Source: Patescibacteria group bacterium (lineage in GTDB: Bacteria; Patescibacteriota; Microgenomatia; Daviesbacterales; UBA10151). Taken from it: 64,000 nt of DNA. The notes beneath the pieces are model-generated. The model did not search any database, had not been told where the DNA came from, and worked only from the letters and a program-made list of their open reading frames with translations. Shown one piece after another: positions 1 to 10,938 of the stretch (positions within the stretch are counted from its first letter, which is position 1; each line of letters starts with the position of its first letter). Position numbers and translations under genes: made by a program. Location: the NCBI GenBank assembly GCA_943356485.1, contig CALRFD010000006.1:7450-71449 (forward strand), read 5' to 3'.

Positions 1-1220
1 AATACTTTACCTCAGCTAGAGGAGCTCGTAAAGGAGTTGCAGATAAAGCTTTGAAAACAGCAGATGCAGGATACTTAACTAGACGTTTAGTTGATGTTGC
101 GCATGATGTGATTATCCGAATGGATGATTGTCACACGACAAAAGGGTTGGACTATGATATTTCAAAGAGTAATTTTACCAACGCGAGAGAAAAACTTTTA
201 GGAAGAGTGGCTTTGGAAAATATAACGGAACCAAAAAGCAGGAAAGTTTTAGTTAAGGCAGGAGTGATATTGATAGAAGAACATATCCAGGAAATTTTGA
301 AAAGTGGTGTGCAGGTTGTTATGGCAAGATCTACCTTGACTTGTGAAGCAAAATACGGAATTTGTAAAAGCTGTTATGGCTTTGATTTAACAACCAGAGA
401 GTTAGTCAAGATTGGTACTCCGGTTGGAGTTGTTGCCGCTCAAGCTATCGGTGAGCCTGGTACACAGTTAACCATGCGTACTTTCCATACCGGAGGTATT
501 GTTGGTCTAGACATTACGCAAGGTTTACCAAGAGTAGAAGAGCTATATGAAGCTAGAACTCCAAAAGTCGCATCCCCAATTGCCGAGATCGCTGGAAAAG
601 TTTCCGTATTAGAGACTGAGCTTGGAACCAGAATCAGAGTCAGAACAACTTCAAAGCCACATGAAGAAAGAGAATATGTTATTCCTGCAACTGCTACACT
701 GTTAGTTGAAGAAGGTCAGTTAATAGATGCGGGAACTATTCTCGCATCAGGACATATGGACGTCAAAGAGATCTTGAGAATTCAAGGTTTAAGGGCGGCG
801 CAAAGATATATTGTTGATCAGGTGAGACTTGTTTATGAATCTCAGGGAGTACCGATTAATGAAAAGCATTTTGAAGTTATTGTTAGAAAAATGTCTGACA
901 AGGTTAGGGTTGACTCTCAAGGTGACACCAATCTTTTACCGGGTGAGATTATTGATCAAATCAGGTTTGAAGATGAAAACAAAAGAGTCTTGGCAGGTGG
1001 TGGAGAGCCGGCAACAGCAGAGGTTGTGATATTAGGTATAACTAGGGCATCTTTGCAAACAGAGAGCTTCTTATCATCTGCTTCCTTCCAGGAAACAACT
1101 TCAGTCCTCTCGGATGCGGCGATTTCAGGAAAGTCTGATAGGTTAATTGGTTTGAAGGAAAATGTTATAATCGGCCGACTTATCCCGACTTCAGAAGAGA
1201 GAGCAAGAATAGAAGGGTAA
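1..1220 (+). CDS. rpoC: RNA polymerase beta' subunit, 3' part (starts upstream of window)
   Basis: KTADAGYLTRRLVDV, GEPGTQLTMRTFH and GLKENVIIGRLIP motifs. Confidence 0.99.
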   Translation, partial: YFTSARGARKGVADKALKTADAGYLTRRLVDVAHDVIIRMDDCHTTKGLDYDISKSNFTNAREKLLGRVALENITEPKSRKVLVKAGVILIEEHIQEILKSGVQVVMARSTLTCEAKYGICKSCYGFDLTTRELVKIGTPVGVVAAQAIGEPGTQLTMRTFHTGGIVGLDITQGLPRVEELYEARTPKVASPIAEIAGKVSVLETELGTRIRVRTTSKPHEEREYVIPATATLLVEEGQLIDAGTILASGHMDVKEILRIQGLRAAQRYIVDQVRLVYESQGVPINEKHFEVIVRKMSDKVRVDSQGDTNLLPGEIIDQIRFEDENKRVLAGGGEPATAEVVILGITRASLQTESFLSSASFQETTSVLSDAAISGKSDRLIGLKENVIIGRLIPTSEERARIEG

Positions 1221-1237
1221 GAAGATAAATACATAAG

Positions 1238-1699
1238 ATGCCAACAATTAATCAATTAGTTAGAAAAGGCAGGAAAACTATCGTTAAAAAGATTAAAGCA
1301 ACTGCGCTAAGACGAAGCTTTAATGTAAAGAATCGAAAGTATACACAAAATTTTAATCCTCAAAAAAGAGGCGTGGTCACCTTGGTAAAAACGATGACTC
1401 CTAAAAAACCTAATTCAGCTCTTAGAAAAGTCGCCAGAGTAAGACTTTCAAATAGAGCTGAGGTTACAGCATATATTCAAGGTGAAGGTCATTCCTTGGC
1501 TGAGCACGGGATTGTTTTAGTTAGAGGAGGAAGAGTAAAAGATTTACCAGGAGTTAAGTATCATTTGATCAGAGGAAAGTTTGACTTAGCAGGTGTACAG
1601 GGAAGGAAAAAAGCCAGATCAATATATGGTACAAAGAAAGGTGGAGGTCTAGCTGCAAAGGTAGCTCCGAAAGCAGCTCCGGCAGTACCAGCTGCATAA
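1238..1699 (+). CDS. rpsL: 30S ribosomal protein S12, with Ala/Pro C-terminal tail
   Basis: [30 protein letters not shown]. Confidence 0.99.
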   Translation: MPTINQLVRKGRKTIVKKIKATALRRSFNVKNRKYTQNFNPQKRGVVTLVKTMTPKKPNSALRKVARVRLSNRAEVTAYIQGEGHSLAEHGIVLVRGGRVKDLPGVKYHLIRGKFDLAGVQGRKKARSIYGTKKGGGLAAKVAPKAAPAVPAA

Positions 1700-1705
1700 A
1701 ATATT

Positions 1706-2182
1706 ATGAGAAGTAAAAAAGCACCAGATAGAATATTGCCTCTTGATCCGATTTATGGTTCAAGGATACTCTCCCGTTTTATTAACAAAGTCATGAAAGA
1801 TGGTAAAAGATCAACTGCACAAAGTGTAGTTTACAAGGCCATGGAGGCAATTAAAGAGCAAAGTAAACAAGAACCATTAAGTGTTTTTGAAAAAGCTATT
1901 GCCAATGTTGCGCCTAAGATGGAAGTTAGACCCAGAAGAGTTGGAGGAGCTTCATATCAGGTGCCTGTTGAGGTACGCGGAGATAGAAAAGAAGCATTAG
2001 CTATCAGATGGTTAATTTCTGCCGCCAGATCAAGGTCAAATGCAGCATTTCATGGTTTTGATAAAAAATTAGCAGCAGAGCTTATGGATGCTGCAAATAA
2101 TGCCGGATCTGCCATGAAGAAAAAAGAAGATATGCAAAAAACAGCCAATGCTAATCGCGCTTTTGCTCATTTTAGGTGGTAA
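1706..2182 (+). CDS. rpsG: 30S ribosomal protein S7
   Basis: RRVGGASYQVP, ANRAFAHFRW. Confidence 0.99.
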   Translation: MRSKKAPDRILPLDPIYGSRILSRFINKVMKDGKRSTAQSVVYKAMEAIKEQSKQEPLSVFEKAIANVAPKMEVRPRRVGGASYQVPVEVRGDRKEALAIRWLISAARSRSNAAFHGFDKKLAAELMDAANNAGSAMKKKEDMQKTANANRAFAHFRW

Positions 2183-2185
2183 TTT

Positions 2186-2401
2186 ATGGCTCATTCGCCA
2201 GAAGAAGATTCCGGCAGGATAATACCTTTTAGAAAATCTACAAAGCATTCTTCTTCGGGTTTAAATCCAGAACAAAGAAGTCAACTCTTAAGTGAAATTT
2301 TTCCGCAAAGAATAGAAGGAATAAGTGCTAGACAAATACCCAGGGTATGGGGTTTAAAAAGCTCAGGAGGCAAAATTTTATATTTTCCTAAGTCATATTG
2401 A
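2186..2401 (+). CDS. small hypothetical protein inserted in str operon
   Basis: 71-aa ORF, ATG 3 nt after rpsG stop; no recognisable motif. Confidence 0.5.
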   Translation: MAHSPEEDSGRIIPFRKSTKHSSSGLNPEQRSQLLSEIFPQRIEGISARQIPRVWGLKSSGGKILYFPKSY

Positions 2402-2442
2402 AAAAACCACTAGGTGGTAATAATCAATTTACATGATTGTGG

Positions 2443-2471
2443 TTGACTTTTAGGATCAGATTAATTAAGAT
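2443..2471 (+). promoter_or_regulatory. sigma70-type promoter upstream of greA-like/fusA
   Basis: TTGACT-17 nt-TAAGAT. Confidence 0.65.
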
Positions 2472-2480
2472 TTACAAAGT

Positions 2481-2504
2481 GACCTCCCAGAGGGGAGGTT
2501 TTTT
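2481..2504 (+). terminator. promoter-proximal intrinsic terminator/attenuator
   Basis: GACCTCCC-agag-GGGAGGTT followed by TTTT. Confidence 0.7.
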
Positions 2505-2524
2505 ATCGGAGATAAAGATATATT

Positions 2525-2752
2525 ATGATAGACGAAAAGCTGCGACAGGAAAAATTAAAGATGTGGAGAGAGAATCTGAAACAGTTGGAAAAACAACTGC
2601 AGGAGATTCTTATCAAAAAAGGCCAGGCTGCTCAAGAAGGGGATCTTTCAGAAAATGCAGCTTACACTATGGCAATTGAGGATTCAGAAACAGCTAGGGT
2701 TAGGATTGAAGAGATAAAGAAGATCATCCGAGAGTTGGAGGCAGGGAAGTAA
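2525..2752 (+). CDS. greA: GreA-like factor, N-terminal coiled coil only
   Basis: [10 protein letters not shown] motif; 75 aa, no C-terminal domain; TAATG overlap with fusA. Confidence 0.8.
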   Translation: MIDEKLRQEKLKMWRENLKQLEKQLQEILIKKGQAAQEGDLSENAAYTMAIEDSETARVRIEEIKKIIRELEAGK

Positions 2753-4890
2753 TGGCTGTTACTAAAACCAAACGAGATTATCCTCTGGATAGAATCCGTA
2801 ATATCGGAATAATTGCACATATTGATGCAGGTAAAACTACGACTACCGAAAGGATACTTTTTTATACAGGAAGAACCTATAAAATCGGTGATATTGATGA
2901 AGGGACTACTACTACCGACTGGATGGAGCAAGAAAGAGAGCGTGGTATTACTATCGTATCAGCTGCCATCACGACCTTTTGGATTCCAAAGAGCGGACCT
3001 TTTAAAGATTTAGAGACCAGGATTAACTTAATTGATACACCGGGTCATGTTGATTTTACAGCTGAGGTAGAAAGATCATTAAGAGTTCTGGATGGCGGAG
3101 TTATTGTTTTAGACTCTTCTTCCGGAGTGCAATCTCAAACAGAGACTGTTTGGAGGCAGGCTAATAAGTATAAAGTCCCTTTGATTGCTTTCTCTAATAA
3201 AATGGATGTTGTTGGCGCAGATTTTTTAGGTACAATCCAATCTGCCAGAGATAGGCTTGGGGCAAATGCGATTGCTTACAATTTGCCAATAGGTAAGGAG
3301 AATGATTTTAAGGGAGTGGTAGATTTGCTTACAAAAACAGCTTTTATTTGGGAAGGTGATGAAACAGGGGCTAAATTTCATGCAGCTGAGATTCCTCAAG
3401 ATATGGTTTCGGAAGTTGACAGCCATAGAGAAAAATTAGTGGAGGAGATTGCCGGTTCAGATGATGTGTTAATGGAAAAATACCTTGGAGGTGAGGAGAT
3501 CTCAGTTGAAGAGCTAAAAGCAGCTCTTCGAAAAGCAGTTATCGACAATAAAATTGTTCCTGTTTTAGCCGGATCATCCTTGCGGAATAAAGGTGTGCAG
3601 TTAATGCTTGACTGTGTAGTTGAATATTTGCCTTCACCGCAAGATGTGAATGAATTCACCGGAATAAATCCTCAAACGCAGGAGGAAGAAATTAGAAAAG
3701 CTGTTGCCTCCGAGCCTTTAGGCGCTCTGGCTTTTAAAATTCAAGTCGATCCACATGTAGGAAAGTTAACCTATATCAGAATTTACTCAGGTACTTTAAA
3801 GAGCGGAAGCTATGTTTATAACGCCACAAAACAGATTAAAGAAAGAGTCGGCAGGTTGCTACTCATGCACGCTAATGATCGTGAGGAGATTGAAGAGGCC
3901 TATGCAGGGGAAATAGTTGCAGCAGTTGGGCTTAAAGATACAATCACCGGTGATTCACTTTGTGACGAATCTGCTCCTTTAATTTTGGAATCGATTTCTT
4001 TCCCTGATCCTGTTATCTCTCTGGCAATCGAACCAAAAACAAAGTCTGATCAGGAAAAGTTAGGTTATGCTCTGCAGAGACTGGCAGAGGAAGATCCGAC
4101 ATTTAGAGTCAAGTCTGATCCTGAAACACAACAAACAATCATTGCCGGAATGGGTGAGCTTCAACTGGAGATCTTAGTTGACAGGATGAAACGTGAGTTT
4201 AAGGTGGAAGCAAATGTAGGTCAGCCGCAGGTTGCGTATAAAGAAACGATTCAAAAAGAAGCTTTGGGTGAGGGTAAATATATCAGACAAACAGGAGGTC
4301 GCGGACAATACGGACACTGTTTGTTACGTATTGAGCCTCTTCCCAGAGGGCAAGGAAGAGAATTTGTATCAGCTGTTGTTGGCGGATCGATTCCAAGAGA
4401 ATTTATTGGACCGATTGAAAAAGGTGTTATTGAGAAAGAAGATACAGGATTATTAGCAGGTTATCCAGTAACTGACATTAAAGTAACAGTTTATGATGGA
4501 TCTTTCCATGATGTTGATTCATCTGAGATGGCATTTAAGATCGCCGGCAGCTTAGGTTTATCTGAGGCTTCTAAAAAAGCTGACATGATTCTGCTTGAAC
4601 CTATTATGAAGGTAGAAGTTACTACCCCGGATGAATTTTTAGGAGAGATAATTGGAGACTTGTCTTCAAAAAGAGCGCAAATTTTATCATCAGAAACTAG
4701 CGGAAAGGCTAGAGTGATAATTGCTTTGGTGCCTCTGGCTGAAATGCATGGATATGCTACAGCTATCCGGTCTATGTCGCAAGGCCGGGCTACTTACTAT
4801 ATGGAAGCAGATCACTATGAGCCTGTGCCAAGCAATATTACCCAAAAGATTATTGAAACCTCCGGCTTTACCGGACGTGTCGAACACTAA
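2752..4890 (+). CDS. fusA: elongation factor G
   Basis: [26 protein letters not shown]. Confidence 0.99.
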   Translation: MAVTKTKRDYPLDRIRNIGIIAHIDAGKTTTTERILFYTGRTYKIGDIDEGTTTTDWMEQERERGITIVSAAITTFWIPKSGPFKDLETRINLIDTPGHVDFTAEVERSLRVLDGGVIVLDSSSGVQSQTETVWRQANKYKVPLIAFSNKMDVVGADFLGTIQSARDRLGANAIAYNLPIGKENDFKGVVDLLTKTAFIWEGDETGAKFHAAEIPQDMVSEVDSHREKLVEEIAGSDDVLMEKYLGGEEISVEELKAALRKAVIDNKIVPVLAGSSLRNKGVQLMLDCVVEYLPSPQDVNEFTGINPQTQEEEIRKAVASEPLGALAFKIQVDPHVGKLTYIRIYSGTLKSGSYVYNATKQIKERVGRLLLMHANDREEIEEAYAGEIVAAVGLKDTITGDSLCDESAPLILESISFPDPVISLAIEPKTKSDQEKLGYALQRLAEEDPTFRVKSDPETQQTIIAGMGELQLEILVDRMKREFKVEANVGQPQVAYKETIQKEALGEGKYIRQTGGRGQYGHCLLRIEPLPRGQGREFVSAVVGGSIPREFIGPIEKGVIEKEDTGLLAGYPVTDIKVTVYDGSFHDVDSSEMAFKIAGSLGLSEASKKADMILLEPIMKVEVTTPDEFLGEIIGDLSSKRAQILSSETSGKARVIIALVPLAEMHGYATAIRSMSQGRATYYMEADHYEPVPSNITQKIIETSGFTGRVEH

Positions 4891-4902
4891 AAGTATTTCA
4901 GT

Positions 4903-5892
4903 ATGATATCTAAAGAGCAGTTAAACCTTGCGGTAGTGCCGGGTGGGAGTATGGGTCAAGCAATAGCTCTAATCGCTGCTCAAAAGGGTCATAATGTCAG
5001 GGTTTATCGAAGAGCGCATGAAGTTGACACCAGAGAAAGAGTTAATCTTCCTGATAATGTTAAAATATTTTCCTCATTGAAAGACACGGTTACGGGGGTT
5101 GATGTTCTTGTTCTAGCTCCGCCTACTCAAATTTTTGAAGAATTAGCCAGAGAGTCATTGTTTTATTTGAAGCGTGAGAGTTTAATTTTAAGCGCTTCAA
5201 AAGGATTACAAAAAGGAACTAATCATAGGCCCTCACAGATATTGGAAAACTTGGATCAGACTTTGCGGCCAAGAATAGCCGTTATGTCTGGTCCTAATTT
5301 AGCTTCAGGCATTCTAAGAGGTGATGAGACTGGAACGGTAATTGCTGCTTATAATTCTAAAGTTGCTAATTATCTTCGGGATAGGCTTGAAAATCCCAAA
5401 TTTATTATTCAAGCAGAGAAAGACCTTATAGGAGTAGAGTTGGGAGGAGCTTTTAAAAATTTAGTAGCCTTGGCTGCAGGTATGTTTGATGAAATAAATA
5501 TGTCAGCAAACACAAAGGCTTATTATATAACCAAGTTAGTAAGCGAATTAGTTGAAGTTGCCCTAAGGCAAGGTGCTAAAAGTTCAACATTCACCGGGTT
5601 GTCCTGGTTGGGGGATATTTTTTTGTGCACTACAGATAATGAAAGTAGAAACTATAGAGCTGGGGAGTTGTTGGTGAAAAATCCAAGGGCAGCTCAGGGT
5701 TTTTTGTCTGAAGATAAACCATGGTTAGCAGAGGGTGTGCATACTATTGCTCCTGCATACGCTTTGGCAAGAGTGAGCAATATAAATTCTACGCCTATAC
5801 TTGATTTGATTAATAACGCAGTATATACAGAACAAAGTCTTGAGGATGCTATTAATAGATTGGGGAATAATCGAGACTACCATGATTCTTGA
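4903..5892 (+). CDS. gpsA: NAD(P)H-dependent glycerol-3-phosphate dehydrogenase (divergent)
   Basis: SASKGL, MSGPNLA, GVELGGAFKN, GLSWLGD, SRNYRAG, AEGV motifs. Confidence 0.85.
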   Translation: MISKEQLNLAVVPGGSMGQAIALIAAQKGHNVRVYRRAHEVDTRERVNLPDNVKIFSSLKDTVTGVDVLVLAPPTQIFEELARESLFYLKRESLILSASKGLQKGTNHRPSQILENLDQTLRPRIAVMSGPNLASGILRGDETGTVIAAYNSKVANYLRDRLENPKFIIQAEKDLIGVELGGAFKNLVALAAGMFDEINMSANTKAYYITKLVSELVEVALRQGAKSSTFTGLSWLGDIFLCTTDNESRNYRAGELLVKNPRAAQGFLSEDKPWLAEGVHTIAPAYALARVSNINSTPILDLINNAVYTEQSLEDAINRLGNNRDYHDS

Positions 5893-5924
5893 CAATGCAG
5901 TCTTGAACATGAGAGTCTTAAATT

Positions 5925-6905
5925 ATGGATCAAGTAAATAAAGCTAAAAATTCTTCACTACCACCAATAGGTCAGTTATTTAAAGAGGCCTGGAATACTT
6001 TTAAACGCAGTCTTTTGCAGTTAATTTTATTAAATATTTTAGGAATGGCAGTTTATTTTTTACTGGCTGCTTTGGCATTTGTTATTTTAGTATTAAGCGG
6101 TTTAGGATCCAGCATCCTGCAAAAAGGCTTAATGGGACTAAGTGCAATTACTCCATTATCCGGCATTATTTTTCTTGCAATAGGAGTTATCTCTTTAATT
6201 ATTGCTGCAGCAGCGCAGATTTGTGCAGTCTTAATTGTTAACGATAAAGCACAAACTAAACTAGTTGAGAAATTTAAAAAAAGCTTTAGTTATATCTGGC
6301 CTTTGTTTTTAATTAACTTAGTGACTGGTTTTTTGACAATAGGAGGGTCTTTTTTATTTGTCATTCCCGGAATACTTTTTATAATGCTTTTTTCCTATGT
6401 GCAATTTGAAGTAATTTTGAATAACCAGTTGGGCTTATCCTCCATAAAGCGCTCTGTTGGAATAATCAGTAAAAATTTTGGTGAGATTTTTATCCGGTAT
6501 TTGCTTCTAATTCTGATCTATTTTGGGATATCGATTGTACTTAGCATTTTTAAAAATATTTTGCCACAGGAATTAAAGTGGTTACCAAATATTATCTCCA
6601 GTATCATTCATATGTTCTGGGGTTGGTTTATGTTAGCCTTTAGTATTGTTTTATATAAACAGTCAAAAAGCGTAACAAGCAATGAGGAGGTCAGTAATAT
6701 TATCTGGATTTGGATAGTAGCTGTCTTAGGCTGGTTGATTGCTTTAAGTTTAACTATTATAACCTGGAAAGTGCTATACCCAGAGGTGTTGAAAGATGTA
6801 GAAACTAAACTTCCGCAAACTGTAATTTTAAACTCAGTAAAAGATTTTCCGTTATCAAGTGAGTCCTCGCCTTCAGCGAATAAAAAAACTTTCGGGAAAA
6901 ACTGA
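5925..6905 (+). CDS. multi-pass membrane protein, function unknown
   Basis: several hydrophobic segments, LFVIPGILF motif. Confidence 0.75.
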   Translation: MDQVNKAKNSSLPPIGQLFKEAWNTFKRSLLQLILLNILGMAVYFLLAALAFVILVLSGLGSSILQKGLMGLSAITPLSGIIFLAIGVISLIIAAAAQICAVLIVNDKAQTKLVEKFKKSFSYIWPLFLINLVTGFLTIGGSFLFVIPGILFIMLFSYVQFEVILNNQLGLSSIKRSVGIISKNFGEIFIRYLLLILIYFGISIVLSIFKNILPQELKWLPNIISSIIHMFWGWFMLAFSIVLYKQSKSVTSNEEVSNIIWIWIVAVLGWLIALSLTIITWKVLYPEVLKDVETKLPQTVILNSVKDFPLSSESSPSANKKTFGKN

Positions 6906-7030
6906 ATGCTGGCAATTGGTCTCTTGCATTTTGTTTACAAATGCGATATATTTATAACTACCAGCGAGAAAGAGCTGGATTTTAATGGCCTCTTGCATTA
7001 AAATGCAATTACCGTTAAAATAACAAAATT

Positions 7031-8215
7031 ATGGCAGACGCAAAAAAGTTCGATAGAAGTAAACCACACGTAAATATTGGCACCATGGGTCATGTTGACC
7101 ACGGTAAAACAACTCTTACAGCAGCTATAACTACTGTGCTTGCTGGTAAAGGCATGGCAGAAAAAAGATCTGTTGATCAAATTGATAATGCTCCTGAAGA
7201 AAAAGCTCGTGGTATTACGATTAATATTTCTCATCAGGAATACGAGACAGCTAAAAGGCATTATGCTCATATTGATATGCCTGGTCATGCAGATTATATC
7301 AAAAACATGATTACCGGAGCTGCGCAAACTGATGGAGCTATTTTAGTTGTTTCCGCCCCAGATGGTCCTATGCCTCAAACAAGAGAACATTTGTTATTAG
7401 CCCGACAGGTTGGAGTTCCGGCGATTGTAGTTTTCTTAAATAAATGTGACATGGTTGACGACGCCGAACTGCTAGATTTGGTTGAAGAAGAGGTTAGAGA
7501 TTTGCTTAAGAAATATGAATATGATGCAAATTCTCCAATAATTAGAGGATCTGCTAAAAAAGCTTTGGAAGGTGACCCAACAGCTGTAAAAGCCATTGAA
7601 GACTTAATGGATAAGGTAGATGAGTGGATTCCAACTCCTGTTAGGGATAAGGATAAACCATTTTTAATGGCAGTGGAAGATGTTTTCTCTATTAAGGGTA
7701 GAGGAACAGTGGTAACCGGTAGAATTGAAAGAGGAGTAGTAAAAGTTAATGAAGAAATAGAAATTGTGGGAATTAGGCCAACTAAAAAGAGTGTTGTTAC
7801 TGGAATTGAGATGTTTCACAAATTATTAGATCAGGGTGAAGCCGGAGATAATGCCGGAATTTTACTTCGGGGTGTTGAAAAAGATGATGTTGAAAGAGGA
7901 CAAGTTTTAGCCAAACCAGGCTCAATTACTCCTCATTCCGAATTTGAAGCGGAAGTCTACATTCTTTCTAAGGAAGAAGGCGGTAGGCATACTCCATTTT
8001 TCAAAGGTTACAGACCACAATTTTATATCAGAACAACTGACGTGACTGGTGAAGTAACTCTTCCAGAAGGTGTTGAAATGGCTATGCCAGGCGATACAGT
8101 TAAAGTGGTTGGAAAATTAATTACACCGGTTGCTATGGAAGATGGTTTAAGGTTTGCTGTTCGAGAAGGCGGTAAAACTGTTGGAGCCGGAGTTATTACC
8201 AAGATAATTGCCTAA
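7031..8215 (+). CDS. tuf: elongation factor Tu
   Basis: [24 protein letters not shown]. Confidence 0.99.
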   Translation: MADAKKFDRSKPHVNIGTMGHVDHGKTTLTAAITTVLAGKGMAEKRSVDQIDNAPEEKARGITINISHQEYETAKRHYAHIDMPGHADYIKNMITGAAQTDGAILVVSAPDGPMPQTREHLLLARQVGVPAIVVFLNKCDMVDDAELLDLVEEEVRDLLKKYEYDANSPIIRGSAKKALEGDPTAVKAIEDLMDKVDEWIPTPVRDKDKPFLMAVEDVFSIKGRGTVVTGRIERGVVKVNEEIEIVGIRPTKKSVVTGIEMFHKLLDQGEAGDNAGILLRGVEKDDVERGQVLAKPGSITPHSEFEAEVYILSKEEGGRHTPFFKGYRPQFYIRTTDVTGEVTLPEGVEMAMPGDTVKVVGKLITPVAMEDGLRFAVREGGKTVGAGVITKIIA

Positions 8216-8243
8216 CATTTTGGTTGCACATTGAAAGGACTAT

Positions 8244-8552
8244 ATGCCAAGAGGAAGAATCAGAGTAAAACTGAAAAGTTTTGATCACAGAGTGTTAGAT
8301 AACACCTGTGAGTCCCTTTTGGATACAGCCCTTCGAACCGGCGCTAAGATTGTTGGTCCAATCCCCTTACCTACAAAAAGAGAGATGATTACTGTTCTAC
8401 GTTCTCCTCATACAGATAAAGATGCAAGAGAAGCATTTGAGATAAAAACCCACAAAAGAATGATTGATATTATTGAACCAACCCAAAAAACTATTGATTC
8501 GCTGATGCACTTGGAGATTCCCGCTGGCGTTGACATTGAAGTAAAGATGTAG
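8244..8552 (+). CDS. rpsJ: 30S ribosomal protein S10
   Basis: GPIPLPT, VLRSPH. Confidence 0.99.
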   Translation: MPRGRIRVKLKSFDHRVLDNTCESLLDTALRTGAKIVGPIPLPTKREMITVLRSPHTDKDAREAFEIKTHKRMIDIIEPTQKTIDSLMHLEIPAGVDIEVKM

Positions 8553-8585
8553 TTTTTACATCAACTTGCTTAAAATTATCACTTC

Positions 8586-8806
8586 TTGCAATTTACGCAC
8601 AAGACTGTTAAAATTCCTTTTAGTGATGACCATTTCAAGTGGTTAATTAATATTTGATATTTTCAGTAGATCGCGTCCTTCGCTTCTAAGGCACAGACGT
8701 AGATACGCTCAGGATAAACTGGTCGGTATCTGCAATTTGTCCTGAGAAATAGAATAAGGAAAGAAATACTGAGTGAGTGTTCCCTAAAAAGGACTCACTC
8801 TTTTTT
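8586..8806 (+). promoter_or_regulatory. internal promoter, structured leader and terminator before rplC
   Basis: TTGCAA-17-TAAAAT (8586-8614); GAGTGAGT...ACTCACTC-TTTTTT (8771-8806). Confidence 0.65.
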
Positions 8807-8819
8807 GTGCGTAAATAAT

Positions 8820-9647
8820 ATGATTAATACATTATTAGGTGTAAAAAAGAATATGACTTCAACTTATGACTCTCGTGGCCGTCGGGTTGGCGCAACTATT
8901 TTAGAAATTGCTCCAAATTTTATAACCCAAGTCAAGACTATTGAGGGAAAAGATGGTTATAATGCTATTCAAATTGGAACCGGAACTAAAAAGTCCATTA
9001 AAAAGCCTCAGCTCGGCATTGGAAAAAAAGCTGGAGTTGAAAAACCAATTAGATGGTTTAGGGAAGTCAGAATTATGGAAAATCCCTCGACTTCGCTCGG
9101 GACTTTACAGCCTGGAACAGAAATCAAACTGAACCAGGTTTTTTCAATAGGAGATGCCATAAAAGTAACTGGAATATCTAAGGGTAAAGGATTCCAGGGT
9201 GGAGTTAGAAGACATGGCTTTCATGGCGGATCTAGAACACATGGTCAATCCGATAGAATGCGTGCGCCGGGTTCTATTGGCTCAGGAACAACTCCAGGTA
9301 GAGTTTATAAAGGAAAAAGAATGGCTGGACATATGGGCATGGATACTGTGACCACTAAGAATCTAGAGGTAGTAGGAATTGATAAACAGAAAAATCTATT
9401 AATAGTTAAAGGAGCGATTCCGGGTTCAACAGGCGGATTAATTAAAATAATAAAGCTAGGAAGAATTAAAGGTTATACTCCTCCACCTGAAGAAAAACCA
9501 TCTGAAGAAGAAATTTCAGAAAACTCTGAAAAACTCGGAAAGCCAGAAAACCAGAATTCCGGTGAGTCTGATAATTCTGATAAATCCGGTGCACAGAGTC
9601 CTTCTGAGTCTTCTGAAAAAGAGGAGGTAGTACCAGATGCCAGTTAA
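8820..9647 (+). CDS. rplC: 50S ribosomal protein L3, with acidic Ser-rich tail
   Basis: SKGKGFQG, RAPGSIG; ATG 8820 preferred over TTG 8805. Confidence 0.98.
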   Translation: MINTLLGVKKNMTSTYDSRGRRVGATILEIAPNFITQVKTIEGKDGYNAIQIGTGTKKSIKKPQLGIGKKAGVEKPIRWFREVRIMENPSTSLGTLQPGTEIKLNQVFSIGDAIKVTGISKGKGFQGGVRRHGFHGGSRTHGQSDRMRAPGSIGSGTTPGRVYKGKRMAGHMGMDTVTTKNLEVVGIDKQKNLLIVKGAIPGSTGGLIKIIKLGRIKGYTPPPEEKPSEEEISENSEKLGKPENQNSGESDNSDKSGAQSPSESSEKEEVVPDAS

Positions 9648-10452
9648 AAATCCAAAGATCAAAATTCAAAAGTCAAAAGTTGAAGAAAAAATTGAAAAAG
9701 CGCTGAAACCTGCTACAGCTAAAAAAGCTACAAATTTGTCTATACCTGCTTTTTCTTTGCTGGGAAAAGCAGATGGGACAATAGATTTGCCAAAGGAGAT
9801 CTTTGGAGTTTTAGTAAATAAAGCATTACTGTCTCAAACAGCCAGGGTTTATCTTAATAATCAAAAAACTATCACTGCTTCAACTAAAACCAGAGGTCAG
9901 GTTGAAGGATCCTCAGCTAAGATTTATGCTCAAAAAGGAACAGGTCGGGCAAGACACGGAAGTGTTAGGGCACCCATTTTTGTAGGTGGTGGTATAGTTT
10001 TTGGTCCAACTCCTCGAAAAGTAATAATGGAGTTACCTAAGAAGATGAAAAAAGCAGCTTTGATTTCTGCTTTATCTGATAAAGCAGCAGAGAAGAAAGT
10101 TTTAGGCTTAACAGGCTTAGATAAGACAACCGGTAAAACAAAAGAGATTGCTAGCCTTTTAACTAAATTATCTGATAAAAAGAAAAAGGAAAGCGTTTTA
10201 ATTTTAACTGATAAAAATACGGATAATGTTTTAAGAGCGGTGAGAAATCTTCCTACGGTGAGTGTCTTCTCGGTTGAGACAATTAATGCCTATGAAGTGC
10301 TGAAACATGATTTATTGCTATTAACAAAAGAGGCAGTTGATAAATTAGGCAAAAGAGAGTCAAGTGGCAAGAATGAAGAGTCAAGTGAAAAAGTAGAAAA
10401 AGCAAAAATAAAAGTAAAAACAAAAACAGGAAAGGAAAGTTCTAGACTCTAG
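9637..10452 (+). CDS. rplD: 50S ribosomal protein L4, with Lys-rich extensions
   Basis: QKGTGRARHGS, GGGIVFGP. Confidence 0.98.
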   Translation: MPVKNPKIKIQKSKVEEKIEKALKPATAKKATNLSIPAFSLLGKADGTIDLPKEIFGVLVNKALLSQTARVYLNNQKTITASTKTRGQVEGSSAKIYAQKGTGRARHGSVRAPIFVGGGIVFGPTPRKVIMELPKKMKKAALISALSDKAAEKKVLGLTGLDKTTGKTKEIASLLTKLSDKKKKESVLILTDKNTDNVLRAVRNLPTVSVFSVETINAYEVLKHDLLLLTKEAVDKLGKRESSGKNEESSEKVEKAKIKVKTKTGKESSRL

Positions 10453-10469
10453 CGACTAGCCACTAATTT

Positions 10470-10934
10470 ATGATTATTCTAAAACGACCGATTATAACTG
10501 AAAAATCAATGAGGCTTGCGTCCGCAGGACTCTATACTTTTGAGGTAGACAAAGACGCTACAAAGCCAATGGTTGCTCGAGCTGTGAAAGATAAATTTAA
10601 TGTGAGCGTTTTAAGCGTAAAAGTTATACGTATAAAGGGTCAAACAAAAACACAAAGAACAGTTCGGAAAAATTATAAAGCTAGTGATATTAAGAAAGCT
10701 TTGATTAAAGTGGGTATTGGTCAAAAAATAGCAATCTTTGAAACTCCAAAAGAAGAAGTAGTAGTTACAACAGCAGAAGGCGAGCCTATAATGCTTCGAG
10801 AAAAGAAAGATCTCTTAGGTAGAACCAAAGTAAAAGTTGAAAGAAGTCCTGCCCGCAATGCTTCGCAACGCGTTGCAGGTGGGGCAGTAGGGGCAGCTCC
10901 GACAACTCAAAGAAAGGTAATAACAGGGAAATAA
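10470..10934 (+). CDS. rplW: 50S ribosomal protein L23, with C-terminal extension
   Basis: RPIITEKS, YTFEV; operon position. Confidence 0.95.
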   Translation: MIILKRPIITEKSMRLASAGLYTFEVDKDATKPMVARAVKDKFNVSVLSVKVIRIKGQTKTQRTVRKNYKASDIKKALIKVGIGQKIAIFETPKEEVVVTTAEGEPIMLREKKDLLGRTKVKVERSPARNASQRVAGGAVGAAPTTQRKVITGK

Positions 10935-10938
10935 AGTC

